From contig CM082597.2 in NCBI GenBank assembly GCA_040954595.2, positions 1,222,886 through 1,286,885 of the forward strand: a stretch of 64,000 nt of DNA. Reading direction: 5' to 3'. The notes under the pieces are model-generated. The model was not told the origin of the DNA. It made no database searches and was given only the letters and a program-made list of their open reading frames with translations. The translations under genes and the position numbers were made by a program. Shown here piece after piece: positions 12,797-26,990 of the stretch; the first letter of the stretch is position 1; each line of letters begins with the position of its first letter. The DNA comes from Balanoglossus misakiensis (Eukaryota > Animalia > Hemichordata).

Positions 12797-15700
12797 TTGT
12801 GCCAACTTTGATTTGCTAGCAACTGCCTCAGATGGGACAACCTCCACGCTTTAATTCATCGTGCTATACATCCTTATCAGCTACTTGTCTGTAATACTTC
12901 TTCTTTGTTTGAAAGACGTCTCAAAATACGGCCAAGTTTTCCCCAGATTGGTCATATTTTAGAACACACAGCACTACAAACATACACAATCTTCTCAGAG
13001 GGGGTCTTGAAAGATTTCTCTTTTCTCAACTCTCGAATCCCCTTAGAGTGTTTTCTTCACAATGTAAATTTAGGTCTTGTGTCAAAATCTGCTACGAGAG
13101 TCATATTTAAACTCTCTAATTTAAACGGTTTTGCTAAATTACAACTTCGGCTGAGTAACCATTCACAGACACATAAACCATCACTGTTCTTCTCATGGTC
13201 CCCATTCTTATTCAACTGTTGTAACTCATCTCAACAAAATATCAACTTCACAAATACATGTATATCCAAGGACAAAGTTACGATCTCACACCATTGTTTT
13301 GGTCAGTTGTTTTAAATTTATGTGATGCCTTATTTGCATTGGAAACAAGCTGATAGTTTGTCAGAGCTGATCTGCACATACATGTGTACAAGAATGACAT
13401 GATTACTTTCATTGCAGGATATATGCCAAGCTGTTGTTATTTCTGGGGTAGCAACCTTAATTATTTGATCAGGATATGTTAATTAGTAGAACAAACATAG
13501 ATAATTACTTGGAACAACATATAATCACCAGAAAAACACACATATTTAATGAGGGTAATATCTGAGGAAGTTGTTACATCATGGTTGAGTCCTCAGGCAG
13601 TAATTCCAGGCCAAGTCTCTCAAGACAACTGCTTGTTCAGTTTCTGTGGTTTCAAGTTTCTGAAAGTGGCCGTTACTACTGCTTGCGTAACATAGCAACA
13701 ACGCGATCAGCTGGAAGGCTGATAGAATGAAGAGTTCTCTCAATGCAAGTAAACTATCCTCTCTACAAAATTTGTTCCTTGGACAGACTTGTTCATCGCT
13801 ACTTGTGCAGTTTATTGTGGGTAAAAACTCCTGGTAAAAACCGCAGTGTATTAGAAAAGTTTCTCAGCAAGGGATGGATTGTTAGAGAAGTGCAGTGGTA
13901 CGAAACATGAAACATTTCACTACAAAACTGGTTAATTTTTGTAGATTACCACCCAACATGAATAAATATTTTGTTCATGAAAAATTCAAATACTGAGAAA
14001 AATGATGTGATATCTTTACTGCAAGTCCAAGTTTCTTGCTAACAAAATGACCTGACTGGACCTCTCGACCGTTGAAAGTACATTGATAGAACAGAGTGAC
14101 ATCTTTGACAGTACAAGCATCAGTGCAGTCTGAGGGTCTTGTCAGTACAGCCACAGTTCAAAGGATAAATTCAAGTGCAAACGACCAATTATCAATATTG
14201 CACTGCCCACTGATTGATGTCTGTTTGGATTACTCCAAGAGTTCAAGTCCTTAGCCAAATAAACATGTAAAGTGTCTGTCACCCTGTTGATCATGGCTTA
14301 TCAAGTGAGCGATGCATAGTTTACTGTCAGTAAAATATTTGACAACAACACTGGCAGTAAAAACTATGGTGAACTTGACAGACAGAATGTCACACTTTCT
14401 GTTTTATCAAAGATGATGTATTTCCAACTCTGTTAAATTTTGCTGGCACATAAATGTTGAATTCTTAAATTGTATAGAGCAATTATATTCATTATTTTGT
14501 AAAGTTATCAAACATGATTTTCAAATTATGTCCCGATATATATCCCTGTCTGATTCTCTGGAACCCTTTAACCACTCAAAACATTAGCTTCATTCCAGAT
14601 AAATGTAATATTTCTTGCAGTACCTCTCGTTCTAAGAGATATACTATTTCGATACAACCCCTTGAGCAAAATAACCCTTCTACGTAAAGGTTAAATTGAC
14701 CCGGAACATTTGCAACAAGTTTTCCTAAAATAGACAGATACATTACACCACCTTTCCCCTTGCATTTGACGAAACCACGCATTTTACTCCGATACCCTGA
14801 GGCCAAAACAATTTTTATCCATTTTTTTGCACCAGGAAAGGTTTCAATTATGCCACATTTTCACAGGCATTCCCAGTAACACATTACCTTAGACATTACC
14901 AACAGCCGAGCTGTTATCCTGTCTGTGTGATACCTATTCCGGCATCTTTTCCTGCTATAATTTCATGATTTGCCAGACTCTGAGTCGGGACACCAAGACT
15001 CCAACCACAAAATGACTTGATGCAACTGTTCCTCATCATTTGTCCATTTCCTGGAAAATCATGTGACGTACATCATCTCGTTTTATTTTTTTCTTCTCTC
15101 GGCCAGTTTTCTGCTTCCTTGATCAGAATTATTTCCACTTGAAAATAACTGCGTAACTGGCAAATGTCCACTCTCATCATTTTGTCATTTCATTCATCTA
15201 TCATTGTTTAATGGCAAGAATGGTAAGATACTTTCTCTAAAAGAATTCTGTGATGCTCAATAGATTTTTTTGCTGTCTGAATTTTCTTCTGTTTGGATTA
15301 TTTGTACACTGGCGGCAACTTAGATTTTGAAGAAACTAACTCTTATAGTCTTATGAAGGTATTATCTGAGAGTACGAAACTAATAAATCATCAATCTTCA
15401 GCAAATTACAAACCTCTAAATGTTATCAACTTTACAACAATTTTTCATTGGACGAATGAATCAACCGAGAGGGCAATCAATGGGTCAAATTTTGATGTGC
15501 TATATACTAAATTATTTCTAAAATTAGTCATGTGCAATAAGGCTGAACTGATATGGAACTTGAACAGAAAAACACAAGTTTCTAGTTTCAGATTGTGGAT
15601 TTATGTTATGTTATTATCTGAATATCTAAATATTCATTCATAGATTCTGTTTTTAATATTTATGGCAATGACATTCTGAAATTCAGATATGAACACAACG

Positions 15701-16084
15701 CATTGAAATTATCATCTACACTGCTCAGGTCTAGAGTGTAGCTGCTACCCCTTTGATTCCAATAGTTCATTCCAGACATATTTCATCGTCCAATGATGGC
15801 AGAACTGTTAAATCATGCGGCAAATATTACTCTGTTATGCATAAAGAACATCACCCAGATGTGAAAGTTGGAAAATGCCATGTCACCTTTGATGTTATTC
15901 CCATCAGGATTGCATTCCTTCCCTGGACATGCAGAAAAAAAAATTGGTTCATGCTTCTGAAAATCTTTTAAGGGTGATCTGAATGGTACCCCTTTTGTTT
16001 TTAATATTTCGTATCAAAATAGTCAATGCTTTTTGCATGTACTTTTGAGATAAGTCCCTACAGGATCTTAGTTCCAAGGCCATC

Positions 16085-16135
16085 TTATGGCTGGTCCTTT
16101 AGAAAACTGGGTTATCAGGCCTGGACCAGCCATAA
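16085..16135. repeat. Perfect 13-bp inverted repeat with 25-bp spacer
   Basis: TTATGGCTGGTCC (16085-16097) / GGACCAGCCATAA (16123-16135). Confidence 0.8.
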
Positions 16136-17599
16136 CTTTAAATAATTTTAATATCTTTTGTATACAGATAACCGTGCACAACATTCCCGGTTTTTCTTAT
16201 CAGGGAATATTTCTGTTATACACCACCATATGGTCGTACCCAAACCCCAAATCCTACACGGGAGGTGAAACGAGACGGCATTCCCATCCCGCCAAGTTGA
16301 TCTTAAACAACTGTTTTGTGGCAACTATGTCACTTTCGTTAAACTTCACGCCAATAACCCGACTTAATTTCGTTGTTTTGGCGTCCTGCATGGAATCCGG
16401 ACACGGACGGAGGTCGGCTCCGATCGGTCCTAATGGAAAACAGGCTGGTCGTTCTCGCACAGGAACACACCAGGTTGTCCGAGTTAATTAGTGGCGATCA
16501 AAAACAGTTCATCCACACTTCCATTTTTGCACGGCCTTTGTAGGCAAGCCTTGACGCTTCCTAGGAAGCAGGGCCTTTGACCTCAGTGGAGAATGATAGC
16601 GGCCATTTTAATGAAGTCAGTAATTGAGCAGAAGGGCTCACTGTTTTACTGCGGTAGTCTAGACAACCGACAACAGTCACATGACCTGACATGTGACCTC
16701 GGGCAGGAAGTACCTTGAAATTGGAAAATAAGTGAAATCCAAGTCCCATGTCTTCTCTAACCCTTCCACTGACCTCTAGGTAAACTTTTGATTAAACACA
16801 AACAGCCCGTGCTACAAACTTTTCATCAACTTGTTACCCCCACCCCTTTCTTTGAGTTACCCCATCCCCGACTTCTAACAAATAAACCTGGTTTCTCTTC
16901 ATCACTGCATCAACTGATCAGCATTACACACACTTGTAAATCACTCTCCCTCTCCTCTCTGTCCATGACTCTACACTGCATCACTGCCGTCCTAAAGAAA
17001 CAATACTCTGAGCATGGAAACAGGGGATTTACTGAACCTTCCCGACAAAAACCAACATCACAAGCCATCAATTCATCAGTAGTCCAGAATCAGACTCGTG
17101 TGATTTTTTGCATGAGTGTTTCTGCTGTTAGGAGCGTAGCAAAGTCCGGACTCTAGACTATTCCATCAGTCAAAGTCACCTATTACACCAGACTATAGTA
17201 TCCATCAATGCCACAAACTTCTTCGGCTTTTATTCATCCAGTATCGTATCATTCCACTCGGTTCCCCTGAGGGTGACCAACATGCAAACTAACAATTGCT
17301 GTTGCTTTCATTTACAACTTGTTTTCCTCGGAACATTGTTCGTGCCACACAGCGACAAACACAGAAGACTTGTGATTCCTGAAATATTTGATCGAGGAAA
17401 TCCTACAGATGACAGACAAATAATCCAAGTTGGTTGAAAGGTTGTTACTTAAATTTTGTGAAAACTCCTAAAGATCACATGACACGCAAAACGACAAGTA
17501 AGACTTATGAATCTGAAATCTGAAAAAAAAAGAATCATTCAACTTCATGAACGAAGTCCAAATATCAGGGTACCACTGACACAAGGCACTTCTACTTAC

Positions 17600-17740
17600 G
17601 GTCAATCTGCAAAACTTCCTCAACAGATCCTATGTAAGGCGTACGTGCGACTGCTAGGCTCTACCACTGCATGCATACGACGATCATCATAAACCACAGA
17701 CAAATGCTGGCACATTTAAATGTCATCTACTTATATATCA
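17600..17740 (-). promoter_or_regulatory. Candidate TATA promoter and first exon (17600-~17705)
   Basis: - strand GATATATAAG at 17730-17739 lies ~32 nt upstream of Inr-like GCATTT (~17705). Donor ACC|GTAAGT at 17599. Locally CpG-rich. Confidence 0.45.
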
Positions 17741-20700
17741 CATCAAAAAATCGACAGCGGACGCAGAAAAAAGTCACGAGTTCAAACAACGAAACTGGAG
17801 TAATATACAAAACAATTTAGCCTAAGTTGCCGATTTCGTGTCTTAAGGGAATCATAATATTTGTCTACATGGCTCCTACATAGGTCTATTTCCAGACGAC
17901 GGAGCTGTAAATCTCATCCGTGCCAGTGGAAGTATCATCCAGGTCGGGAAAAAAGATCCCCCGGAATGAACTGATTCCTCTCTGGACGGATGACACGGAA
18001 AATCCAGTCCGACTGTTTATATTAGATGGTGTTAACAGGCAAAAGTAACAAACTTCGGCTGACAAAATGTGGCCGGGAATGAGTAAGCGGACTTGTAGCG
18101 TGCACTCATAAAGCCGGAATTATCCACCAATGGGCAACCACGCAGATCTGCACCGCAATGCTCTGAAAAGTCCATGTTTATTTGGTCATTGTTTGTAATC
18201 TGTGTAAACTATTCAGATCTCCCCTTTACATCGCCATGTGTGGTCCGCACACAGTTCAGCCGCTGGTAACCAGTCCGATCTCATGGAGGGTTTCCAAAAG
18301 AAAAGACGAAGGGAATATGCATTTGACAACGGATGGGAGGTGGAGTTTGTCATGGTTGGGGAGATAAACAAATGATGAGAATCTAATTATTCTTTTGACT
18401 AAAAAACAGGTCAGCTATGTCTTCCATGAGTAACACCGTCAGGAGTTACCAATATTTTTTTCTAGGCTAGTGACAAGTTAACACAGGAGATATCACAGAG
18501 AGATTTTTTGGTGTTACAGTAACTTTGAGTGTGTACATAGAATATTGGGGTTGCAACCCAAATATGGCCACCACTGTAAAACTTCATGCAAAAATTGGTC
18601 ATATACTTAGAGTATATATACATACAAAATGAATAATGAATATGATAAACTCAACTTTTGGTATTCGTTGACCAATACTAAACTCTAAACCACTCATGAC
18701 TGCTCTGACCCATGTCACGGTTGCTACGGTTACCAGCTAACCAGTGTTGATGGACGGGCCACAGATTCTACTGACATATTTGTTGTACATGTATTTCAGT
18801 TGCAAAGGTTATGAAAGTTTCCACTACTTGCAGTGCTGTTTTTCACTGTACATTTTTCCCTTTCAAACAATTCCAACACAACAGAGTCAATGGAAACCAC
18901 TGGCAGTCAAACTTTTATGAGATCTGTTAAAACCAACATCTGCTATACTTTGAGGTTTAATGAAAGCGATTTGAACTTAATGGGGTCAGTGGAATTTTTC
19001 TGGGTTTTTCTTTCTGTTTGCATGTGTTCAGTGAATAATTCACTGTGTCTGGAAAAACACTATCATTTTAATAAAATCAAGAGAAATTTCAAAACTACAA
19101 AACAAAAACAAAAGTTTCAGCCAATAAATTTCAAAACTGTGTATTCTGACCTCCAAGTAAATTCTTTCCCCCTCCTCCCACCAGTATTATTTGACAACCA
19201 CCTGAAAAACCAGAGGGACTCAGTGTCCAAACCAGATTTTCTGAAAAGATGATTAGTTCAACTCTCAGTGTGGTCACTGTAATAACAAGTAGTCTTTTTT
19301 CATCCTCCACACTTTTTTTCCTTCTTGCTAATGACTTTGGCCTTGGTTTAGGTCCATGGCGCAAATAATTAGGTCTTTTTCTCTACGCCCTGGCCTCCCA
19401 CAAACAGTGAGCATTATGCTATAGCCTGATTGCAGGCACTTAAACCAACACTGATACCAGAACATACCATTACTCAGAAAAGGTAACACCGGAACAAACC
19501 ATTCAATCATGAAGCAGGGACAGTGGCACAAAAAAACAGACATATAAACAACACCTGTCATATAGTATCACTCACTTCGGGAACTAGCTGACACAGTCGA
19601 AAAGGAAAACTGACCACTCTTAAGTTTCAGAAACGCAAACTCTATAACCTCCAAGCGGGATATACACCCCACCATACAACAATGATTTTCCCTAGATACC
19701 TGAATATTTTTCATAGATTTCTATCTGATAGCATTAGCCATCTTACCCCACTCAACAAACATCCCATTATCTGGCTGATAAAAAACCCACATGATGTACA
19801 GATATCACCCAAGATAAGCACCTATCTACAGAACTTGAAATCAATACAGAAAATAACTTTAAGGGGGGACTGCCCTCTGAAGACCTGCAACTAAATATTT
19901 CCATAAACCTTGCCCTGAAATACAATCCTTATTTCCGTTTTCAAAATGGAACTGTTTCTATTAATATGACACATCGGTTTTATTCCAATCTGGTTATAAA
20001 TCTTCATCCCACTTGCATCAACAAACCATAAACTGTTTAAGGGTGTTTATTTTCTTTGGAGTGATAGCTACTTCTTCCAGGCTATACCAAACACATATAT
20101 ATCTAACCACTTCAAGTACTTCTAAATTTGTGCCATAAAAACAAAATAAAATGGTTCTGTACTTTTCCAGAGAGTAATAATTATTACAGTTGCTATTAAA
20201 CACTCACATATTTGTTAATACATCTCCCAGAATCAAAATACACAATAGATAATAGAATCTTGTTGGATATACATGCATGTACTCCCAGTCCCAGTACATC
20301 AGATTATTGAAACATTTTCCCAAAGAGACTGCATTTCAATGTAGAAGACAAAACTCCTGTTTGTAACATTACAGAGATAATACCCCCCCCCCTTCTCCTC
20401 CATCTAGAGGGGGTCCCCAGATGAAATTTGCATCTGTTGAATCAGGCGACATACAGAAGCACACCGTCCACTTAATACTAACATGAAAGTGACCTTGTCA
20501 AATCTGCAGTGACCTGCATCAAGGCCTTGTGAGGGGACCTTCCATTCAGAACGACAAACCGACAAGAAAGAAAGCTTACATGTGGAAGCATTTCAAGAGA
20601 GCTATCATATCACAAGATTCCATTCAGTTTCCTAAATCAGGTGCACTGAACCGGTTGTATTGCGATATGCATTACTTCGCATACAAGTGGCCTACATAGG

Positions 20701-22894
20701 CCTTTACCCCTACACGACACGTAAACCACTCCAGCCCCCAAAAGAGGGGTAGATCTTTCTTTTCCCGACCTCCATGTCCTTCAAGAATCCATCCCTTCAT
20801 CTACCACTTTAGTATCACCCCCTGAATTCACAGTCCTTGGTTTGTCTACTTATTCATCAAAAAAGGGGGTGGGTAAGATCAATTTCAAATCATACAATTC
20901 CCTTTCACCTGTTACATTTCAGACCTTGTACGCGTACACTACACTATTTGTGAAGCTGGCAACATACAATGGAAGATATACCATGTCTGTTCTGCCTGCT
21001 TGTGACATACGCAGTTCAGCGTCAAATCCAGTAACACTACAGAAAAAGAAGTGTCTTTTTGTGGACCAGCAAGTTAAAGAAACTTTCTTTGCGTTTAGAA
21101 GTATATAAAACAAATCTTTCTTGTTCAAAAGTTCTAATGAAATCTTGGCAGACAGAAACAAGAAGTTTATTTTTTGCAGAAGTACAGTGATAGCAAGTGA
21201 TGACAATGTTGGCGATGTTTGCTTTCGTCTAAAATTGAGATTAAAGCTTGGGTTCAGAAAATTCTGTAAATATTTGAAGTGGACAGAGTGATTGATGTCT
21301 GGAAGGTCAGGCAATCGGAAGTGACAAGTAGCGACTGTTCTTGACCCTTCCACCCCTCTGTTATGCATAATGGTCTGCCCCAACCCAGTGTTTAGGATTG
21401 CAGCTCAAACCAAACTCTGGTGCTGCAGAGGTCAAAGTATAATGACAGATTGGTATCAGAATTACCTCTAGCATTTTATGTTGGTATGGCAACTGAAAGA
21501 ATAAATTAGTTCAGAGTACAATGGACTATACAATAAATCACGGATTAGACAAGAAATTGGTCATTATCTTGTGGAAGAAAACTTTTGCCCATCTGCAGAA
21601 GGGATCGAGATGAGATGCTATCATGATAGCTGTTCTAATTTTGGTTGATTTATGAGAAATCCTGTCTGTTGCAGCTGTGTTCTTCTTGATGATCGTAGGG
21701 GTTTTACTACAAAGGAAGGGGTGAAATCTTAGGAGGCATTTTTGGGCATATGCGGGGTGAACTGGTACACCCATAATTTAATTGCTCACTGGCTTAATAG
21801 CACTGCCACCTTGATCACCACGGAAACCCCCAAAAGGCAAACAGAGATCCTCATTTTGCAGGTTTACCAACTTCCATGTCGACCGTAGCAACCAGATAAG
21901 TTTGAAGTACTTAGCAAATGAAGGAGCTACCTGTATCTAGATCTTTTTAATCACACCGATATGAGTAGACTGGACTTTGTTCTGCTGTGGTTTAATTGGA
22001 CAATTTCTAGAATGTTTGAAGCTTGCCAGACACAGTTTCCTGTCAGTGAAGACAAGAAAAGATGGCCTCTTGCTGTTAATAAAGAAGACTGGCGCTTTCT
22101 TTAATCCTCACTACAAACATTTTGAATCTGGTGAACCCTATCAAGATTTGCAGACTACAACTCACCTAACATTTTTTGGATTAAAATTCTCAGTTTTTCA
22201 TCCATCTTTAAAAAAAGATAAATCATTTTGGACAAAAACGTCAAAAAGTTATCTACAGAAAATATCTGTTCCAAAATAACTGATAAAAGTGCACAAATTT
22301 TACTCTATCTTCATGAAATGTTGTTCAGATTTTGAAAGAAATGAGAGGGCGGCTGCCTGTGGTTTAGAAGCGCAGTCACTAAGGTGGAAGGATGCCTGAC
22401 TGTGTTTTAAACCATTTTGCGAGTAGCTGTGAGATCGAATTGAAATTCTAAGCAGATTGTGAACTTGAAAAGAACATAAACAAATGACAATTGTTGGCCA
22501 GCTTATTGAGGTATTGTTTTCATTCCAGTCGGACTTTGCTCAAAGTAAGGAATTCTGTTCAACTCAGTGGCTTTTCAATCCGAAATGATTCACTGTTCAT
22601 CATATCACTATCGCAGGTCAAACTTGACATCTATACAAGGGAGAGTCCTCATTTCACTTTGGAGATTTTTCTCTCCCACTCGCCGATTCAAATCAAAAGG
22701 TTCCTTGTATTTTTCCGGTTGGATGACAAACTTCTTTTTTGTACATTCATTAAGGGTTTCCGTAGCTGCCCTCACTGGAATGCCAGCGTCTGTCGTCGGT
22801 AGAATAGCCATCGGAACAATTGCCGAATATGCCTGAGGGCGGAACGTATTTTTCAACCCAACAGCATTTCTGAACATTCCCTTACTTTACTCAC

Positions 22895-22931
22895 TCAAAC
22901 AAGTGAAGATTCCAGACTCTAACCTCACAAA
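22895..22931 (-). other. Candidate 37-nt exon (or start of a longer exon)
   Basis: Branch point CTAAT plus acceptor CATGTTTGTTTTTCTGTAG at 22932, and donor TGA|GTGAGTAAAGTAAG at 22894. Confidence 0.45.
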
Positions 22932-23989
22932 CTACAGAAAAACAAACATGGTGATTAGTAACCTGGGATGGTCCCAGGCAAGTCTAGACATCAAGCGCAA
23001 AAATAAACAATAAGGAAAAACAAACAAGATAAGGACAACAACTAGGACATGCAAGTTGGAAAGGGACGAAAAGACACAAAGAAAAGTTACAAACTATGAG
23101 TCACTTCCTCAGACCATCTCTAATACCCCGAAACACTAAAACAAAAATCAATAGTAAACAGTAAAAGCTATTATTAACGCAGCAGTAGTGTGTGTTAATC
23201 ACACATAGTTACAACATCTCTGTGAGAATCTATTGTCACTTGACAGCAGTGAACTTCTCATGGAAATGTTTCTATTTGGAGGCTTTTGAACCAAATTTTC
23301 AACATCTTAAGTCGGGTGGAGGTTTTGGTTTTGAGGGTAGAATATAGAAACAGACCGCAAATGAGTGTATATTTCACTATTAATAAGAAACATACACACT
23401 TGGCAGTCAGAAACTTCACATATGGAAGTTGGGCCAATTTGAGATTTCAGAAACTGATGAGTGATTAAGAAATACCATCCAATGTAATGTATCAAGATTT
23501 CTCTGAAGTGAATGCACAAAAATACAAGCAACGAAGAACAGCAAAGTTTGAATCTTCTTCAAAAAGCACCAATTTCTTTGTAGCGCTTTCTGCCCCATTA
23601 CTTGCCCGGCAAAATGCAAGCATGTGAGATACTTGGAATGGCCTTACAAGGTACAGCGCACAGATACGTGACAGTCACTTGGTCCTAAATAGAATACCAT
23701 GTGTGCTGAGAAGTTTAAACGACTGTACTTAATGCACATATATACACAGACAGAGACACACACATATACTGACAAGCACCCAGACATACCGGTACATACA
23801 CACACTCATACATACAATCCCAGTTACAGTTTGCTACACTCAATGAACCATAATATAACTTAACAGAATGCAAGCCAACTTGAACAGTAATGTAACTGAC
23901 ACTACACACTGAAGGCAAGTCCCACTGGCACACGCAGAACAATTCTCAACAACTTGCACAACAAAAACAACTTGAGACTATCCACTTAC

Positions 23990-24326
23990 TTTTTCAGATG
24001 CTCTACAGAAAAACCCGGGCAAGTTGAGTTCTCTATGGCAAATGAAAACCATCGCATGTCAGTGTTAACATTGGCGTCATGTGTGTACATACAGTGGTCT
24101 CAGTGTACCCCCGATTACCGGTCATCAACTGCCTGGCTTCAATGGAATCGCGGGTATTATTTATTCATGACCTCGGCTTCTCAAGGAGTCGATCGGACAC
24201 CCCAGCACAGCCGCTCAGCGCAAACACCAACCGACAATACCCAAGCCCCCTTAGCTCGTTTCTGCACGCGCCTCGTCAACGTTTCATGGATCCTCTGGTT
24301 TTGCATATCTAAGTGTTTGATTGACT
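23990..24326 (-). other. Candidate CpG-rich alternative first exon
   Basis: Canonical Inr TCAGTC (24323-24328), donor AAA|GTAAGTG at 23989, and CCAAT at ~24426 upstream. CpG density is visibly above the flanks. Confidence 0.5.
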
Positions 24327-24777
24327 GAGGGTTTCAATTTGTCTCAAGTATTCTATTTTTCAAGAGTGCAGGTACTTGAGTTGCATGGCTTAATTAGATA
24401 TTATCCAGATAAGGCAGACAGACCACCAATCGACATTTCGCTAAGACTACGATCATATTTTGTTTTTGTCCGCGAGGCTTGGTTCTTCACTGAATAGTGA
24501 CTGCTTCCTTAGATTGCGTTCTTTTGTTTTCAACAAAAATTAAATCTTGGTGATATTATGAAACTTTTTTATATCTAGTCCCAGGAGTGTGTGTATCCCA
24601 TCATTTATTTTCCAAGGAAGAGAGAGACTCACATTATCTATGCAAAAGACAAAGGAAAGAGCAACAACATATGATTGACCATGTTGCGGCAAGCAGAATA
24701 CAGAGAACTTCTCAAACGAACAGAAATAAGCTAATTATATCGGCCCTGTTCCGTTAAAAGAAGTAAAAAGGTAAAGC

Positions 24778-24815
24778 GACGTCGGAAGTAGGGCACGGTA
24801 AGGGCACTATAAATA
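24778..24815 (+). promoter_or_regulatory. Candidate + strand core promoter (ETS, TATA)
   Basis: GACGTC-GGAAGT at 24778-24789, direct repeat AGGGCAC x2, and TATAAATA at 24808-24815. Confidence 0.3.
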
Positions 24816-25317
24816 ATGCAAAGGAGATGTGATAATTGGATGCACTAGGCAAGGTACTGCCAGGTAAACTCAGCTCTCTCAACAAGGAAGAGATCTTGAG
24901 AATTTGTGGATCTATAGAAGTGGATGGTTAGAATAACTGGCAAGCGTTTTCAAAGGTCAGATGATGGAGAATGTGAATAGTAAATAAATCTTGTATCATT
25001 TTAATTCACTCATACACACTAAATTATTCAGTGTAATGTTATCTCTGCAGAATTTTGTTCAAACCAACACTTTTCAGTTGTATTGGTGAAAAGTATTCAT
25101 GACAATGGTGGTGTGGGATATGTTTTTTCTTTTCCTGGAAAAAATAATCACATACAGACTAGTGCTGATAAGAAAAAAAGTGAATTTCAAATTTCAAATT
25201 TATGACAAAGGCTGCTCAGTTCAAAAAGCCTTTGGTGATTAATTATCACAGAGGGGTGGATCCTCAACAGTTGTACATTTCCCTGTCTAAACATGCAAGT
25301 GCAACTGGGACAAACAC

Positions 25318-25394
25318 AATTGACTGGTCAATTAAATATGCAAATTTAATTGACTGGTCAATTAAGTATGTAAATTTAATTGGCTGGTCAATTA
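25318..25394. repeat. 30-bp tandem repeat (2.5 copies) built on a palindrome
   Basis: AATTGACTGGTCAATT + AAATATGCAAATTT, with units at 25318, 25348 and 25378. Confidence 0.9.
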
Positions 25395-26924
25395 GACATC
25401 TAGCACACTAGTGCATTGTTCTTGTGCTGCCTATCACAGTAACAGGCCTTGGTAAGAACAGCTCCTAATGGCTTTCTTTCGGAGCTGAGTAAACAACAAA
25501 AAACAGCCCTTTTGAAACTCTGCACACTATCAGAACTGGGACATGTTCCCTCTGTAATTAACAGATTTCATTAAAAGGTTGAATGGAACGGAGATCAAAA
25601 GATCCGATAGATTCTGGTCACTATCAATGGATAATTAGGCAATGCTGTCACATAGATGACTGGATTTTGTAAGAATCTTACAGGGCGTCCGTGGCTGGCA
25701 AGATATCAAACTATCAACAACAGATCAGTTTCCGTCAGATTTTCAATTCAATTTCTTGCAATCCAGATTTAAAGTGAAGAGTTCATCAACAGAAAAGCTA
25801 ATTTCAAAGCCCGCTATTCTCAACAACCATAACTAACAACATGGCCCTCCCTCTGAAAATATCCTAACCAGACCCTTGAAGTTGGTGGAAAACAGGACAG
25901 TCATTAAATTTACATATGAGAGAACTCTAAGTAATTAGAGCTGATTGTAATGTGATGTTAAACATACTGGATGTCAAGACAGTAGTAAACACGACCAGAA
26001 AGTTGGCTAAGATTTCTTCCACTCTCTTCCATCACTTCACACCAGATAACATTTCTCAAGTTATTAACGCTGCCTTTCCTGAATTCTTTCCCACTGTATC
26101 AGATACCAGTGCTTCCCGGTAAACCCTCCACCCATCCGATTGCCATCCAGGCTTAAGTCTTATCCCTCCATGCTCCCTTGATAACCCACCAGCCATTGAC
26201 TACAAAACCTGACCCTCCCTGCAAGCTAGCCAACCCACTGTCAACTGTATTGCGGACCACGGGAATCATGGCAGAATTAGGCGACTTACAACAAAGTTGC
26301 CAGTTTGTAGAAGCCTTTCAAATTCTTCATTATAAATTCAGCATTTCTTCAGGGCCGTTTTTGTGAGTTGCCATGGTGACCTGAAAGCATGCTAAAGAAT
26401 TCCAGGAATGTTCAAATGCCTGCGTGTACTCACTCACACACTAGAATGCACATATCCGGTCGAACAAAATTTGCAATTTTTTCGCATTGAAAAGAACAAA
26501 ATCAAGCATTTATATCACTTCTCAGGGGTAGAGTAAACATTTTCAATGATAGTGGACAATTAAACTGGGTAAGTCCATTTTGAAAGGGTGGACAGTTTCA
26601 GATTCAGGTCTTAGCTCTGTTTTTCTAGCGGGGGGTGTATGCGGTTAATTTGATACATTTAGTGACTGAACAAGTAGGCTCAGAATTCGTAAAATTTTGG
26701 TGATTTTCTAAAATTAATTACCTCTTAAACCATTGAAGGATTACAGACTGCATGCATGAATTTCTCATGCCTTTTCAGATGAATTAGTTATTGCCTGCTT
26801 CATCAAGCAAAACGTAAACACCTCTGTTACTTGTGTCAATTGTAATGAGCGGGGAAAAATCTCAAAAATCTTCTGGCCAGGAACGACGTTTTCAGGCTAG
26901 TCTCAGGCAGATTTGTGTGCGAAC

Positions 26925-26990
26925 TGACGTGATGTCAATCACACTAAGGATATAAAGGAGATCTGTAGCAACTATTGAGTTCTTTGTCAA
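26925..26990 (+). promoter_or_regulatory. Candidate + strand CRE/TATA promoter
   Basis: TGACGTGA (CRE-like), then CAATCA, then TATAAA at 26951-26956, followed by a CpG-rich ~600-bp block. Confidence 0.35.

Noticed and set aside
14170-14215. miR-92-like TATTGCAC with upstream AGTGCAA
   Set aside because: Only a 7-bp stem forms, and the rest of the arms do not pair.
18732-18743. 12-nt match to the miR-34 3' region
   Set aside because: The seed region does not match and there is no hairpin.
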